IMG/VR virus record: IMGVR_UViG_3300044618_000713
Location: 11,555-75,554 of that record
Strand: one strand, 5' to 3'
Length of the DNA stretch: 64,000 bases
Origin: a virus
Shown: in pieces, positions 45,264-55,971 of the stretch
Layout: the number at the start of each line of letters is the position of its first letter
Position numbering within the stretch: the first letter of the stretch is position 1
The notes under the pieces: model-generated
Databases searched by the model: none
Seen by the model: the letters and a program-made list of their open reading frames with translations, nothing else
What the model was told of the DNA's origin: nothing
Program-made: the position numbers and the translations under genes

Positions 45264-46716
45264 AGGCCAGTGCCTTGATGTCTGTCTCGGTGAGGCGCGG
45301 CTCGAATGATGCCGCTGGCGTTATGATCGAACGGGCTTCTGCTTCGTCCATTCCGGGGAAGGCAACCAGCATCATCTGGATTGCACTCTCGGCTGGCAAC
45401 ATGCCATCGGCAACTGACTGAACGATTTGCACCATTGATGCGATCTGTGCGCCGTTAAGAGCGGTTTCCTGCACGCTCGTGGTGCCGGTCACTGCCATGT
45501 TATTCTCTCCGGTGATGTCGCCCTCGGCAAGTGAAAGCGGAATCTGGCTAGACGCCACGAACAAGGTATCACCGCCATCGGTCGGCCCATAGCCCTTCAA
45601 GGCGCGGCGCTCATTGATGGTGAGGTCTTGTGACTGGTCAGCCATCTGCCACATCGAAAGACGCTTCTCGGCAATGGCCGGGATGCTGTCGATGTCAGGC
45701 TTGATCTCGACACCGTAGATGGAGCCGAGCCATGCGTTCCAATCGTTTACTATCATCTGAAGCAGTGGGAGCGCCGTGTCTTCCCAGAACGCCAGACGGG
45801 CCTCGGCATAGTTCGAATAGGTGTTATCGCCAGGAATGCCGAGAAGCTGCGGCGGCACGCCGAAGGCCAAGGCAACGTCACGGGCCGAGGAGAACTTCAC
45901 CTCGATGATGCCCATGTCGGTCGGCGACAGGCCCATCTGCTGCCAATCAAGTCCACCTTCGAGGAGCATGGGGCGACCGGCGTTCGAGGAGCCGGAATAT
46001 TGCTCTTCGATCTGGGCCTTGAGGCGGTTAAAGTTCTCGTCTGATAGCGTGCCGGAATCCTTGACGGTCAATGCACCTGATGGACGCGCCGAGTTCTGGA
46101 GCAAGGCTTGCATCCAGTTCATGGCTTCGTTGTTCTGATCGATGGCGTAGGAACCCGCTTCGATTGGGCTCATGCCGTACCAATCGTTCAACGGGTTGAA
46201 CAGCTTCAAGTGCCGCACATCGCATTCGAGCGTGCGAGGGTCCATCTCCCATCGCACTTTGTTCTGCCCGAGCGTGTACTCGTATGCAGACGGGATGCCA
46301 TTGGATGACGGAACAATTTTCATGCGGTCAGGTCGAAGCTGGTAAAGCTCCTTGACCTCGCGGCCCACCATGAACCGCTCTTCGTAGCCGTTTCCCGCGA
46401 TCATCAGGAACGACACCTTGGCGCGAACGTAATCGGAATAGGACTGAAGCGGATTCGGACGCTCGAGCAGCGTGATCAGCGGATGATCGACCAGTTCCGT
46501 CTCGCCACGGTAGACGCCAAGATTGACGGATGCAATGGCGTCAGCGATCCGGTTGATGGCCTGATATGCCACCACGTTCTTGCCATAGGCTTCCTTGGCG
46601 AAGCTCTCGTAGTTGCGTGGAGACCACACGGCTTGGCCTGGATTGATCACCATCAGCTTGGCGGCAGCGGATTCCTTGCGCTCTTGCGGGCGGCGGAAAC
46701 GGTCAAAAAGTCCCAT
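45244..46716 (-). CDS. HK97-family portal protein
   Basis: HPL..LL.RPNP, GNGY, LRPDRM, GMSPI, FGVPPQLLG, YSN. Confidence 0.93.
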   Translation of the reverse strand: MGLFDRFRRPQERKESAAAKLMVINPGQAVWSPRNYESFAKEAYGKNVVAYQAINRIADAIASVNLGVYRGETELVDHPLITLLERPNPLQSYSDYVRAKVSFLMIAGNGYEERFMVGREVKELYQLRPDRMKIVPSSNGIPSAYEYTLGQNKVRWEMDPRTLECDVRHLKLFNPLNDWYGMSPIEAGSYAIDQNNEAMNWMQALLQNSARPSGALTVKDSGTLSDENFNRLKAQIEEQYSGSSNAGRPMLLEGGLDWQQMGLSPTDMGIIEVKFSSARDVALAFGVPPQLLGIPGDNTYSNYAEARLAFWEDTALPLLQMIVNDWNAWLGSIYGVEIKPDIDSIPAIAEKRLSMWQMADQSQDLTINERRALKGYGPTDGGDTLFVASSQIPLSLAEGDITGENNMAVTGTTSVQETALNGAQIASMVQIVQSVADGMLPAESAIQMMLVAFPGMDEAEARSIITPAASFEPRLTETDIKALAYGSKAG

Positions 46717-46724
46717 CTAGAACC

Positions 46725-48110
46725 TCACAAGGCGCGAACCGCAGGAGCAGACTGCGGCGCGGTCATATCGGAAATTGCACTCATTGCGGCGTCTATCATA
46801 TCATCATGTGTGCCGTTGGGAAAGACCGAGGCCTCGGACATGAAATCGGCCAGGTGATCAATGTTCGACATGATGTAGACGTTGCCAGATTGGACGTAGG
46901 GCGCGGCATCGAAGGCGCGGGTGATCTTGTCCACGTTGCGCTGGATCGGGATGATCGGAATGCCCTCGCGTTTTAGCTTCTGGATCAGGCCGGTGCCGCT
47001 CACCTTGTCTTCGACCTTGAAGGCTCGAAGCGGCCCCTTGTCCGATGCTGCCAAATGCTTTTTCCAGAATGCCCGAGCCATCGTTTCCAGTTCCGGAGCC
47101 TCCCACTTACCGCGTGCCATATCGAGCAGCACGATCTGTCCGGTGTGCGTTTGGCCCCAGCATTGGAAAACGGAATAGTCATTCTGCTCCTTTGTCTTTT
47201 GCGCGGTGTCGGCATAGATCGCCCGCCACTTGAGCGGCGGCATTGCCTCATAGAAGCGCCACCATTCGTCCTTGAAGATGCCGCCGCCAAGCGGTGCGGG
47301 TCTTTGCATGTATTGACCAGCGAAAACGTATGGGCTGGATTGCTCAAGGCGGTCGAGCATCTCGGGAGGGAATTGTTCCGGCCAGAACGATGAGCCATCT
47401 AGATCACGGGCAGGGATGACAAGGCTATCCCAATGTTCACCGGAGCCGCCGCCTAGAAGCCAGCCGGAAAGATCATCCTCGTGGAGCCGCTGCATGATGA
47501 CGATGATTGGCGTGTCGGTCTTGTTGAGGCGCGACTGTATCGTGGTCTGATACCAGTCGATCACGTTCTGGCGCATGATGGGCGAGGTTGCCTCACCGGC
47601 CTTGTGCGGGTCATCGATGATAATGGCACCGCCGAAGCCGTCTCGCATCTTGCCAGCGCCATAGCCGGTGATGGTGCCGTCTGCGCCGGTTGCGTAGACG
47701 ATACCGCCGTGTGATGTGCGGAACTCATCCTTGGCCTTGCTATCGTCTTGGAGCGAAACCCACGGGAATATCGATCGATAGGTCTCGTGCTGCATCATGG
47801 CGCGGATGTCGTATGCGTTGGATGTGGCGAGGCGCTTTGAATAGCTGGCGTGGATGAATTCGGCATCAGGCACGAGGCCGATGGTCCAGGCGATGAATGC
47901 CTTGACGGCAATCTCGGTCTTGCCGGATCGAGGCGGCACGTTGATGATGAGCCGCTTGATGCGGTGGGCGAAGACCTGTTCGAGGCTGCGGCAGATTGCC
48001 CGTTGATGCTCGTTCGGCAGCATCTCTTGGTTGGTGCGGGCGCGGTAGATCGTGCGTGCGAACTTATAGAGCCGTTGATGGTTGGCGGCTCGATGCTCAC
48101 TCGGCGTCAT
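46725..48110 (-). CDS. terL: Terminase large subunit
   Basis: PPRSGKT, IIDDP, MQRLH.DDL, DTA.K..NDYS, HDDMID. Confidence 0.93.
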   Translation of the reverse strand: MTPSEHRAANHQRLYKFARTIYRARTNQEMLPNEHQRAICRSLEQVFAHRIKRLIINVPPRSGKTEIAVKAFIAWTIGLVPDAEFIHASYSKRLATSNAYDIRAMMQHETYRSIFPWVSLQDDSKAKDEFRTSHGGIVYATGADGTITGYGAGKMRDGFGGAIIIDDPHKAGEATSPIMRQNVIDWYQTTIQSRLNKTDTPIIVIMQRLHEDDLSGWLLGGGSGEHWDSLVIPARDLDGSSFWPEQFPPEMLDRLEQSSPYVFAGQYMQRPAPLGGGIFKDEWWRFYEAMPPLKWRAIYADTAQKTKEQNDYSVFQCWGQTHTGQIVLLDMARGKWEAPELETMARAFWKKHLAASDKGPLRAFKVEDKVSGTGLIQKLKREGIPIIPIQRNVDKITRAFDAAPYVQSGNVYIMSNIDHLADFMSEASVFPNGTHDDMIDAAMSAISDMTAPQSAPAVRAL

Positions 48111-48480
48111 CGTAAATCTTGTTGAGCGCAGCAAGGACGGCGGCAGCGACTGGCTCCGGTCTTAGTGATCCATCTTCGTTGGAGATGTCCACGGTTTCGC
48201 GCCAGCGTGCGCGCGTCTTGAGCCAGAAGATCATGGCGGTTGTATCGCCAGCCTTTGCCTTGTTGAAGAGCGCACCGCCGATGGTTGCGTTGGCCTTGTC
48301 CCTAGCTTGCTTCAGTTCAGCGGAATAATACTTGTAGAGCGTCTCTTTGTGGATGCCGAGGATTTCGGCAATGCTCTCATGCGTGGTGCCGACCGTTGCG
48401 TGAAGCGAAACCAGCTGGCGCTGCGCGTCTGTCGGTGCATGAGGCTTGCGGCCTAGCTTGCCTTTGGTTTCTTCGGTCAT
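48097..48480 (-). CDS. terS: Terminase small subunit
   Basis: HTH IAEILGI..ETL.KYY, LF.KA..GD..AMIFWLK. Confidence 0.82.
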   Translation of the reverse strand: MTEETKGKLGRKPHAPTDAQRQLVSLHATVGTTHESIAEILGIHKETLYKYYSAELKQARDKANATIGGALFNKAKAGDTTAMIFWLKTRARWRETVDISNEDGSLRPEPVAAAVLAALNKIYDDAE

Positions 48481-49544
48481 GATGCAATTCCTTTTGGCAT
48501 TAGCCATTGATCAATCACAGCACGCGCAACTTGCTCAGTCATCTTGGGTGGAACGCTCATGCCAATCATGTATTTGCCAATCTTGTCGGTCTTGGCGTGA
48601 TAGTCATCTGGGAAACTGCCGAGGCGTTTCCATTCGCGGAAAGTAAGTGTTCTAGGTGAATCCCAATGATTTATCATCTCATGCGTGGCTGTTAGTGAAT
48701 TGGCTGGAATCAAAGCATGTAACCTTTTATGATTCCATAGCTTCTCCTTTAGACCTGCCCTCACTACAGCGTCAGCATATTGCTCGCCTTGTTTTGTTTT
48801 CGGCCACCAAGTCAAATCTGTATTTGAGACGTGACGAGTGTCTTCTAGTTCTTCTTTGATCAGATGTTGCACGTCGCAGCATGACTCTTCCGGACCTATC
48901 CATCGATGCGTTGGTGACAACTTCAACGGCAACACTTCAATGTCATTCCGGATTGCAACAAAAAACACCCGCTCTCTCCGCTGCGGAACTCCACAGTCAG
49001 CAGCATTTAAAAGAAACAATTGAGGCCGATATCCAATCTCACGAAAACGCGCCATGACCATCTTGGTATAGCCCTTGGCATTGCCAAGGATCATTCCCTT
49101 GACGTTTTCAGCAATTGCAACTTTCGGCTTGAGCCGTTCAACAAGGTCAAGGTAATCAAAGAAAAGGTCAGACAGCACTTGCTTTGCCTGGCCTTCACGG
49201 AAGTGTTTGTCCTTTCCCCACGCCTTTTCGCGGCTTCCTGCCATGCTGAATGTTGAGCAGGGCGGCGAGCCATCAAGGATGTCGAGTTTGAAGAGTTCCG
49301 GAGGAAGATCAGCAGTCAGCAAGTCACGGATTGGACAAAGAAAATAATGAGGTGGATTGAGATTGCGCTTGTAGTGCCAAGCCATTTCAGGGTCGATGTC
49401 ATTTGCTGCAATGATTTCGCATCCGGCTCTTTTGTAGCCCATTGATGATCCGCCACCGCAAGCAAAGGTGCTCATGACCTTAATGCCATTCTTTGGCACT
49501 GATGCAAGGTCAGTCAAATTCCAAGCGCAATCAGGCTTATTCAT
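48477..49544 (-). CDS. C5 cytosine DNA methyltransferase
   Basis: FACGGG, GSPPCSTFS, ENV, QRRERVF, RTLT.RE..RL.SFP, GMSVPP. Confidence 0.92.
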   Translation of the reverse strand: MNKPDCAWNLTDLASVPKNGIKVMSTFACGGGSSMGYKRAGCEIIAANDIDPEMAWHYKRNLNPPHYFLCPIRDLLTADLPPELFKLDILDGSPPCSTFSMAGSREKAWGKDKHFREGQAKQVLSDLFFDYLDLVERLKPKVAIAENVKGMILGNAKGYTKMVMARFREIGYRPQLFLLNAADCGVPQRRERVFFVAIRNDIEVLPLKLSPTHRWIGPEESCCDVQHLIKEELEDTRHVSNTDLTWWPKTKQGEQYADAVVRAGLKEKLWNHKRLHALIPANSLTATHEMINHWDSPRTLTFREWKRLGSFPDDYHAKTDKIGKYMIGMSVPPKMTEQVARAVIDQWLMPKGIAS

Positions 49545-50031
49545 CAAATTCAAATCCGCACTTTGGACATCTATGATCCATTGCATATTCGTCAGGATCA
49601 ATTTCTTTTGTGCTGCTATCTGGAACAACAGGCTGATCAAACATTGACGCCATCTCGCCTAGATCGAAGCCGGTGATAGTCAGATCAAACTTCATGTCTT
49701 CGAGGTCTTTCAATTCAACCTTGAGCATCTCGAAGTCCCATCCGGCATCGAGCGCCATCCGGTTGTCGGCAATGACATAGGCGCGCTTCTGGGCCTCCGT
49801 GAGGTGGCTTGCTTCTACGCACGGCACTTCCTTCAGTCCCAGCTTGTTCGCCGCCAGGACGCGCCCGTGGCCCGCCACGATGCCATTCTTGCCGTCCGTC
49901 ACCACCGGGTTGATAAACCCGAACTCCTTGATCGAGGATGCGATCTTGGTGACCTGGGCCTCGGAGTGTGTCCTGCTGTTGCGGGCGTACGGGATGAGGT
50001 CGGCGGTTGGAATCAGCTTATAGGTCAGCAT
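49537..50031 (-). CDS. ParB/Srx-like N-terminal domain protein with C-terminal CPKC
   Basis: YARNSRTHS, SI.EFGF, AGHGR, IADNR. Confidence 0.85.
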   Translation of the reverse strand: MLTYKLIPTADLIPYARNSRTHSEAQVTKIASSIKEFGFINPVVTDGKNGIVAGHGRVLAANKLGLKEVPCVEASHLTEAQKRAYVIADNRMALDAGWDFEMLKVELKDLEDMKFDLTITGFDLGEMASMFDQPVVPDSSTKEIDPDEYAMDHRCPKCGFEFDE

Positions 50032-50215
50032 TGCTGTCCTTTTTATTGTCGGTTTTCTGGACTGCCTTAACGGCAAGTTCGATGTATCGCGGGATCGGTT
50101 GCTTGCCGGTCTCATAGGCTCGGAAGGTGTTGCGTGCGAGGCCAAGGGCTTCTGCTGCCTTGCGCTTCGATAGGGCAACGGAGGTGCGCCATTGGATGAG
50201 TTCGTCTGCTGTCAT
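50018..50215 (-). CDS. XRE-type HTH protein
   Basis: SKRKAAEALGL.RNT...YETG..PIPRYI.LA. Confidence 0.78.
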   Translation of the reverse strand: MTADELIQWRTSVALSKRKAAEALGLARNTFRAYETGKQPIPRYIELAVKAVQKTDNKKDSNADL

Positions 50216-50261
50216 GCGGCGCAATATAGAGCAAAAAAAACCCCGCCACAAGGGCGGGGCT
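50216..50261 (-). terminator. Terminator overlapping a leaderless-type promoter
   Basis: CCCCGCC-CTTGT-GGCGGGG-T8; also TTGTGG-17-TATATT-7 nt-ATG. Confidence 0.65.
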
Positions 50262-50297
50262 GAGTTGCTGCGGCGGGAGGAGTAAACCGCAGGGGAA

Positions 50298-50864
50298 TCA
50301 ATACCGATATGGATGCTTTGGCACGGCGACACCCATGCGTCTCGCCTTCTCCCGCATCTCGCGGAAGGCCTTCAATTCGTTCTGCCGGATGCGTTCGCGG
50401 GTGACGCCATAGTCCTTGGCGATGTCCTCGAGCGTCTGTTCCGGTTCGCCGGTGAGGCCAAAGCGGGCTTCGATCATGGCGCGGCGCTTTGGGTGGGTGA
50501 TGGCAGCGACCAGCTTGGCGAGAAGCGGCTTGTCCACTTCCAGGCTCGATGGTGCGGCGATTTGGGCAAGTTGCTCGGCGTCGATCTCTGCCTCGATGGA
50601 GTTGCGGGCGGTGAGCAGGTCTCGCATGTGGTGCGGCCAGAGTTCTTCCGGCTCGGTGCGGAGCGCGGAGGAGATGTCCATTGCGAGTTCTGACCAGTCG
50701 CCGTTGGCGATGGGCTTTTCGCGGAAATTTATAATCGCGTTGATGTGTTGCGGAGACTTGCCCATGAAGCGGGCGAGATCGGCTTGTGTGGCAAACCCTG
50801 CGGCCTTGATGGCGCGAAGGAGTCTGGCATTGCGAACGGTGACTTTGACGGCGAAGTCGGTCAT
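50298..50864 (-). CDS. HTH plus sigma70 region 4 protein
   Basis: RFGL...QTLEDIAKDYGVTRERIRQNELKAFREMR; N-terminal TQADLAR HTH. Confidence 0.82.
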   Translation of the reverse strand: MTDFAVKVTVRNARLLRAIKAAGFATQADLARFMGKSPQHINAIINFREKPIANGDWSELAMDISSALRTEPEELWPHHMRDLLTARNSIEAEIDAEQLAQIAAPSSLEVDKPLLAKLVAAITHPKRRAMIEARFGLTGEPEQTLEDIAKDYGVTRERIRQNELKAFREMREKARRMGVAVPKHPYRY

Positions 50865-51778
50865 GGGGTGGCCTCATAGGGGGGTGGCAGTGGCATCCAT
50901 GCGGTTACGTTATTGAGCTTCTCGCCTCGGGGTCCGTCGTCGTGCCATCTCTGGCTCGTCTTGTTCCATCGGGCGATGCGGATGCGATGGAAAGTTTCGA
51001 CGGGACCGCCGAACATGGCAAGCTCGAATTTGCTTGTCTCGTAGGTACAGGTGACAAGGACACATCCTTCGGGCTTTCGCTCGCCTTTGGTGATAGGGGT
51101 CCAAGTGGCGGTCATTCGGTCCTCGTGACTTTGGTGCCGATGATGCCTTTGAGGCTGATCTTGCGGCAGGTGTAGCGGCGTGGTCGGTAGTAGCGGGCGG
51201 CATCGTGCTGGAGCGATTTGGAACTGCGACCGGGAGCGAAGAAGGATTCGCCGATCTCGATGGTGCGCCACGGATACTTTGGCGGGCGTCCATTGGGCTT
51301 AGGCTGGCTCGTCACTTGGAGGCCTCCTCTGCCCTATAAACGATCCAGATCGAACGTGCGCGGGGCGTCAGGTTGCCGATGCTGATCGCCATGTCTGCCA
51401 TCTTGATGCGGGCGGCTTTGGACTTGGTGCGGCGGCGCATCTCCTCGATGACGAGGATGGCTTCCTCGCCTGTCTGGGGCAGCTTGCGGGGGCAAGTAGC
51501 AAGTTCGGCCATTGCGGTGTGGCCTTTGGCGATGATGTCGTTTGCGGTGGTCATTGGTGGCTCCTATTGGGTGGGTGGGTGAGGGGCGCTAGGCCCCTCG
51601 GTTAGGCAACCGGCTCGGCGCGGAAGTTGGTGAGGCCAGCGAACCCGAAGGCCACCGCATCGCGCTTGGCGCGTTCGATGCCAGCCTCGGGCGACTTGCG
51701 CCATGTAAAGCATTCAAGAACCGAACCATCGGCGCGGTCGGCGAGGATGCGGTAGGAAGCGGAAGAAGCGAGAAGCAT
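50861..51778 (-). CDS. Four small early genes (50861-51115 DUF551-like, 51112-51315, 51312-51554, 51602-51778)
   Basis: VTAWMPLPPP; KYPW..IEIGESFF; coupled starts and GGAG RBS. Confidence 0.6.
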
Positions 51779-51829
51779 GTAACCCTCCTTGGGCTGTGCA
51801 GTGGCGGGATTGCCCTGCGCTGTTGATGT

Positions 51830-52220
51830 CCCTTTATCCCATACCTTGCAGAAACTTGCAAGCGTTATGTTGCAGAAAAGTGCAAGAAAGCGCCATCCCG
51901 ATAAACGCCAATACTAAGCCTTTGAAATTGCTAGGCTTTTAATTAACGTCCTATATAGCCGTAAGCACCAAAAACGCCAAAGAATTGCAGATTGGCTTGT
52001 GCTTTCAATGGCTTAGGCCGATCACGGCATTAAAGGCAATTAAATGATTTATGGGTGAAGGCGGAAGGGGAGACCCGGACGGGTGGCTGGTGGTGGGTGG
52101 TGGCGTGGTGGTACTGTAATATATATAAATAGTATAATTCTCTCTATATACATACAACACTAGCAACATCAAGCACTTGCACGATCCATTTACGGGTGAC
52201 GCCCCACCCTCGAATAAGAC
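51830..52220. other. Non-coding control region of phage B (origin/packaging candidate)
   Basis: AT-rich tract 52118-52155, GGT-rich tract, three IHF-consensus-like sites. Confidence 0.4.
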
Positions 52221-52230
52221 CCCTTAAATA

Positions 52231-52260
52231 AGAAAAGGCCCCGGATCGCTCCGAGGCCCT
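52231..52260 (-). terminator. Terminator after the primase gene
   Basis: AGGGCCTCGGA-GCGA-TCCGGGGCC-TTTTCT. Confidence 0.6.
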
Positions 52261-52282
52261 ATCAAAATGATATGTCACTAGG

Positions 52283-54613
52283 TCAATCTTCCGTAGCCTC
52301 CTGTGCCGGGATAAACCACGCCATGCGAGGCCTTCCTCGCTGGCCCTTGTTCGTGTGGCGGCATTGGATGCCGTAGTCGGCAACCAGCTTGTCCATCACC
52401 TGGCCCCGGTCTCGGAGCGTCAAGGCGTCAAACGCAGAGATGCGATTGCCCAGTTCTGCCTCGGTCAGCCCCTTGAGACCTGATGCCCTAAGCTTGGCAA
52501 TGACAGCCTTGCAGATCGCCTGATGGCTGGATTCAGCCATGTTGTCCCGGAACATGGCGATGGCGCGCCGATTGTAGAACCGGACATAATCAATCGCCCA
52601 TTGCATAGGCTCAGGTCCGATCTCGGTCTCTAGCAATGACCTAGCGACAATCAGGCTGATCCGCATGGCGATCTCACGGCTGCGGTTGTACATCGCCTCG
52701 AGGCCGGTTTCGTTCTCGCTCTTGATCGCTCCGACCAGTTCGGCCTCGTAGTCCCGCAGGATGTCCATTGCTGGCCGTGTAAATGGCACCTCGACGGGAT
52801 CGGGCGGCATATCATAGGTATTGGTGCCGGTGAGGTTTCCGGCCCCAGAGTGCGCCTGTGCCTGTTCTTGGAGCCATCCAATGATGCGGTCACCAATCGG
52901 CACGATCCGCCGTTCCTGGCTCATCTGCACGCCGATCTCAGACTTGACGATTAGGAAGCGGTTCAAAAGGCCGGACGCAATGTCGCCGCCTGAAATGGCC
53001 CCATAGAACTCTGATGGCGTAGACATGCCTAAGAGCGTCAAGGAAGGCCTTCTGATGACCTTCTCGAATGCCTCTGCCTGTTCCTTGGTTAAGCCGATGG
53101 TGGCATATCCTTGTGGCCGCAAGACGCCATCCTGCCGCCCAAAGCATTCCATGATGGCGGTCAAGGAATCAGCCTTGTGCTGCATCGAGCGGTTGGCTGC
53201 GCTCTTGAGCGTGCGCCCCAACTCATCGATCACGGAAACGTGAATGGGCCGGGAGATGAGAGCCGAGAAGACGCCGCTGGCGCTGGTGTAACCGGCTGGC
53301 CCTAGCAGATGCCCTAGCTGGGCTGCATCGAGCATGGCCTCGATGACCGTCTTGGCGTGTTCTTTGCCGCAACCAGTCTCGCCAATATTGAGCAGATACA
53401 GATTGCTGAAGTTGCGCTGGCTGGTTGTCCATCTCCGCCCCATTGCAACGGCACCAAGGGCAATGGCGGCTTGCACGGCAAACTGCGGTTGCGTCTTGAT
53501 GGCGGTTGTCTCATAGTACCGCACAACGTCTTGGAGCACGCCAGGGATCGAAAGCAGGTGCGCCGGGATAGATGCCAGCGGATTGTCGGGCGTGACAGTG
53601 GTGGTGCGTTTGGAAGGCAGCACGCCGGGAGTTGCTGCCTTGCCGTGGTCAGTCTCGGCTTGCTTCTCGGGCGTCCACTCATGGCTTGGATCGGTCGTGA
53701 TGTTCAGAAAGAGGGCTGCGTTCTTGATCGCCGCACTCATGTTCCCGGCGTGCTCGAACTGTAGGTAAAGCTCGAAGCAGTCGAAGGCGTGTTCGTTGCC
53801 GAACGGATCGGAACCGTGATGGCTGAAGGCGGTGTTATTGTCGAACACATTGCAACCGGCCAGCTTGGTGCCGCTGTTCGGGCTTAGATACCGATTCGGT
53901 GCGGTGCGGCGATAGCCATACTTGACCAGCAACTCTCCGATATTGTGCGCCGCATTATAGGCATCGATCACCGATGTGCCGGGATTAGGTGCTCGAATCC
54001 GAACCGGGGCCTGATACTCAGGCCGAACCTTCCACGGGCACAAGTCCATCATTTGCGGACGGAACTTGTCCCATTCGTCCCACATGACTTGGAGTTGACG
54101 CGGCAAGATCGGGATCTGATCGAACGGCAACCCCTCCCACACATAGGGCTGCATCGTGTCTGGATGGATCGACGGCGGCAGCACATCTTGCACCGGCCCA
54201 CCGCGAAGCTCGAAGACGGTTGTGTTGCCACGGCCATCCTTGTTCGGCCATGCGATGGAATGGCGGGAGAGGTCATCCCGATGGGCGCGGAAGATCAGCT
54301 TGCCTCGGCCCTCACGCCCACGGATTCTGGCAGTCGATGCCATCAAGGCGTCAAGGTCTAGCCCCAGCCCCTCGAAGATGATCCTCGTCCATTCCATGTG
54401 ATCGATGTCAATGGCACATGTGCCGGTCCATTGATGGATGAGGCCGACATTCCAAGTCGGATTCTTGGAGTAGAAGTCGATGGCACCCTGGCCGGTGAGC
54501 GCCTTGTCCTTCTGGTTCCAGCCGTAGGATGTCGGCCCCTTCTGCCCTGCCGGGATCGGGACAAGATACCAGCCAAGTTCGGTGTACTGCTTGATACTCT
54601 CGATGATGGTCAT
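52283..54613 (-). CDS. Bifunctional primase-polymerase plus DUF3987-like helicase
   Basis: KGP, NVG, IDID, PPSIHPDT; Walker A GETGCGKE; DELG; GLLNRF. Confidence 0.88.
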   Translation of the reverse strand: MTIIESIKQYTELGWYLVPIPAGQKGPTSYGWNQKDKALTGQGAIDFYSKNPTWNVGLIHQWTGTCAIDIDHMEWTRIIFEGLGLDLDALMASTARIRGREGRGKLIFRAHRDDLSRHSIAWPNKDGRGNTTVFELRGGPVQDVLPPSIHPDTMQPYVWEGLPFDQIPILPRQLQVMWDEWDKFRPQMMDLCPWKVRPEYQAPVRIRAPNPGTSVIDAYNAAHNIGELLVKYGYRRTAPNRYLSPNSGTKLAGCNVFDNNTAFSHHGSDPFGNEHAFDCFELYLQFEHAGNMSAAIKNAALFLNITTDPSHEWTPEKQAETDHGKAATPGVLPSKRTTTVTPDNPLASIPAHLLSIPGVLQDVVRYYETTAIKTQPQFAVQAAIALGAVAMGRRWTTSQRNFSNLYLLNIGETGCGKEHAKTVIEAMLDAAQLGHLLGPAGYTSASGVFSALISRPIHVSVIDELGRTLKSAANRSMQHKADSLTAIMECFGRQDGVLRPQGYATIGLTKEQAEAFEKVIRRPSLTLLGMSTPSEFYGAISGGDIASGLLNRFLIVKSEIGVQMSQERRIVPIGDRIIGWLQEQAQAHSGAGNLTGTNTYDMPPDPVEVPFTRPAMDILRDYEAELVGAIKSENETGLEAMYNRSREIAMRISLIVARSLLETEIGPEPMQWAIDYVRFYNRRAIAMFRDNMAESSHQAICKAVIAKLRASGLKGLTEAELGNRISAFDALTLRDRGQVMDKLVADYGIQCRHTNKGQRGRPRMAWFIPAQEATED

Positions 54614-55167
54614 TTATGCACGGCCCCCCATTGTTCAGCCATCGCTTGAGCGATGCCTTCAAAACTCCTGCTGCGTTCTTTCCAGCGATCTGGCCCCGGC
54701 GGCATCTTGTGAATGCGCGCCTCTCGGCCTTCCACGATGTTAGTCGGCAGCAGTTTCGGCAGGTTCTTGAGCCAAAGGCAAGTTGCCTTCGTTTCGCCGT
54801 GCCCGAATTGCCACGGCTGGATAATCTGGTCTGGCGTGCGGATGCGGCTCGATATGATGCTGATCGGATTTTCAAGGGCAATGCGCGGGATAGGTGCGTC
54901 CATGAGGCGATGCACAAAGTCGAGCGCCTCGGCCTGTTCGATCTGCTTGTCCTTGAACCATCGAGCGCCGGAAACTGCGAGATGCGTGCAAGGCGGGTGA
55001 GCGATCATCAAATCCCAGTTGCGGTGCAAATGCTGAAGCACATCTCCGTGGATATGATTGCCAAGGCGTTCGGTCGGCAGCAGGTCACAAGACCAAGCAT
55101 CGTGGCCTCTGGCAGCGAAGGCATCCCGCACCGTGCCAGAGTATTCACAAGCGACCAACACTCTCAC
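54610..55167 (-). CDS. Minimal C5-MTase-like protein
   Basis: VLVACEYSG, HPPCT, ENP, K.TCLWL, IA.AMAEQWG. Confidence 0.72.
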   Translation of the reverse strand: MRVLVACEYSGTVRDAFAARGHDAWSCDLLPTERLGNHIHGDVLQHLHRNWDLMIAHPPCTHLAVSGARWFKDKQIEQAEALDFVHRLMDAPIPRIALENPISIISSRIRTPDQIIQPWQFGHGETKATCLWLKNLPKLLPTNIVEGREARIHKMPPGPDRWKERSRSFEGIAQAMAEQWGAVHK

Positions 55168-55337
55168 AATGCACGGCCTTCATAAAACTCCGTGAGCAGC
55201 TTGATCGTCTCATATCGAGCGCCGGGAGCGCCATCCCGAATCGCTTTGATCGTGTTGTAGGAAAGGCCGGTGGCCTTGACGATCTCGGGAATGTCAGCCC
55301 CGGTAAGGCGGGCGCGAATCTCTTCGATGGATAGCAT
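55164..55337 (-). CDS. Cro-like HTH protein
   Basis: IVKATGLSYNTI..IRDG; divergent from the replication operon. Confidence 0.7.
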   Translation of the reverse strand: MLSIEEIRARLTGADIPEIVKATGLSYNTIKAIRDGAPGARYETIKLLTEFYEGRAL

Positions 55338-55431
55338 GGTCAGTCTCCTGCTTGGTGATTGCAATTTTTTCTATTGCACGCATTTCAGAAATATGCAATA
55401 AGCCATTCCGTTGAGAGAAAAGGAGGCTGAC

Positions 55432-55812
55432 ATGAGCAGCAACATCACGGGCCTTTGCGGGGCCTGGCTTGAAGCCAAACGCCGTGAAGACGAGGCCATT
55501 GAGGCTCGTCGAAAGATCGAGCAAGACATCACCGAAGCACTGGACGCGAAGACCGAAGGCGCGATCACGCACAAGGTCGAGCCGTATCGGGTTACGCTCA
55601 CCCAGCCGATCTATCGCAAGATCGATTTTGGCATCTGGGAGACCGTCAAGCATGACATGCCCGCCGAAGCTTGGCCGATCAAGATCAAGATCGAAGTCGA
55701 CGATGCCGGATGCAAGTGGCTTGCAAAAGAACGGCCCGATCTCTGGTCCATCGCAGCCAAGGCCATCACTGCAACGCCGGGGAAGATTGGCGTGAAGGTG
55801 GTGGCGGAATGA
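55432..55812 (+). CDS. Conserved phage hypothetical
   Basis: AGGAGG RBS; W..AK..E..A...RR.IE. Confidence 0.65.
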   Translation: MSSNITGLCGAWLEAKRREDEAIEARRKIEQDITEALDAKTEGAITHKVEPYRVTLTQPIYRKIDFGIWETVKHDMPAEAWPIKIKIEVDDAGCKWLAKERPDLWSIAAKAITATPGKIGVKVVAE

Positions 55813-55971
55813 GCAGGGACATCTACGGAGCAGCAGACGCATTGCAGTATGCCCGCGACCACTTGGTCATTGCAAAGACTGACAAAGAGAACCGCGCCCA
55901 TCATGTTCGGTGCGCTATTGAGAACCTGCGAGAGGCAATGAGGATACTCGGTGTTAAGGAGGCCGAGAAGG

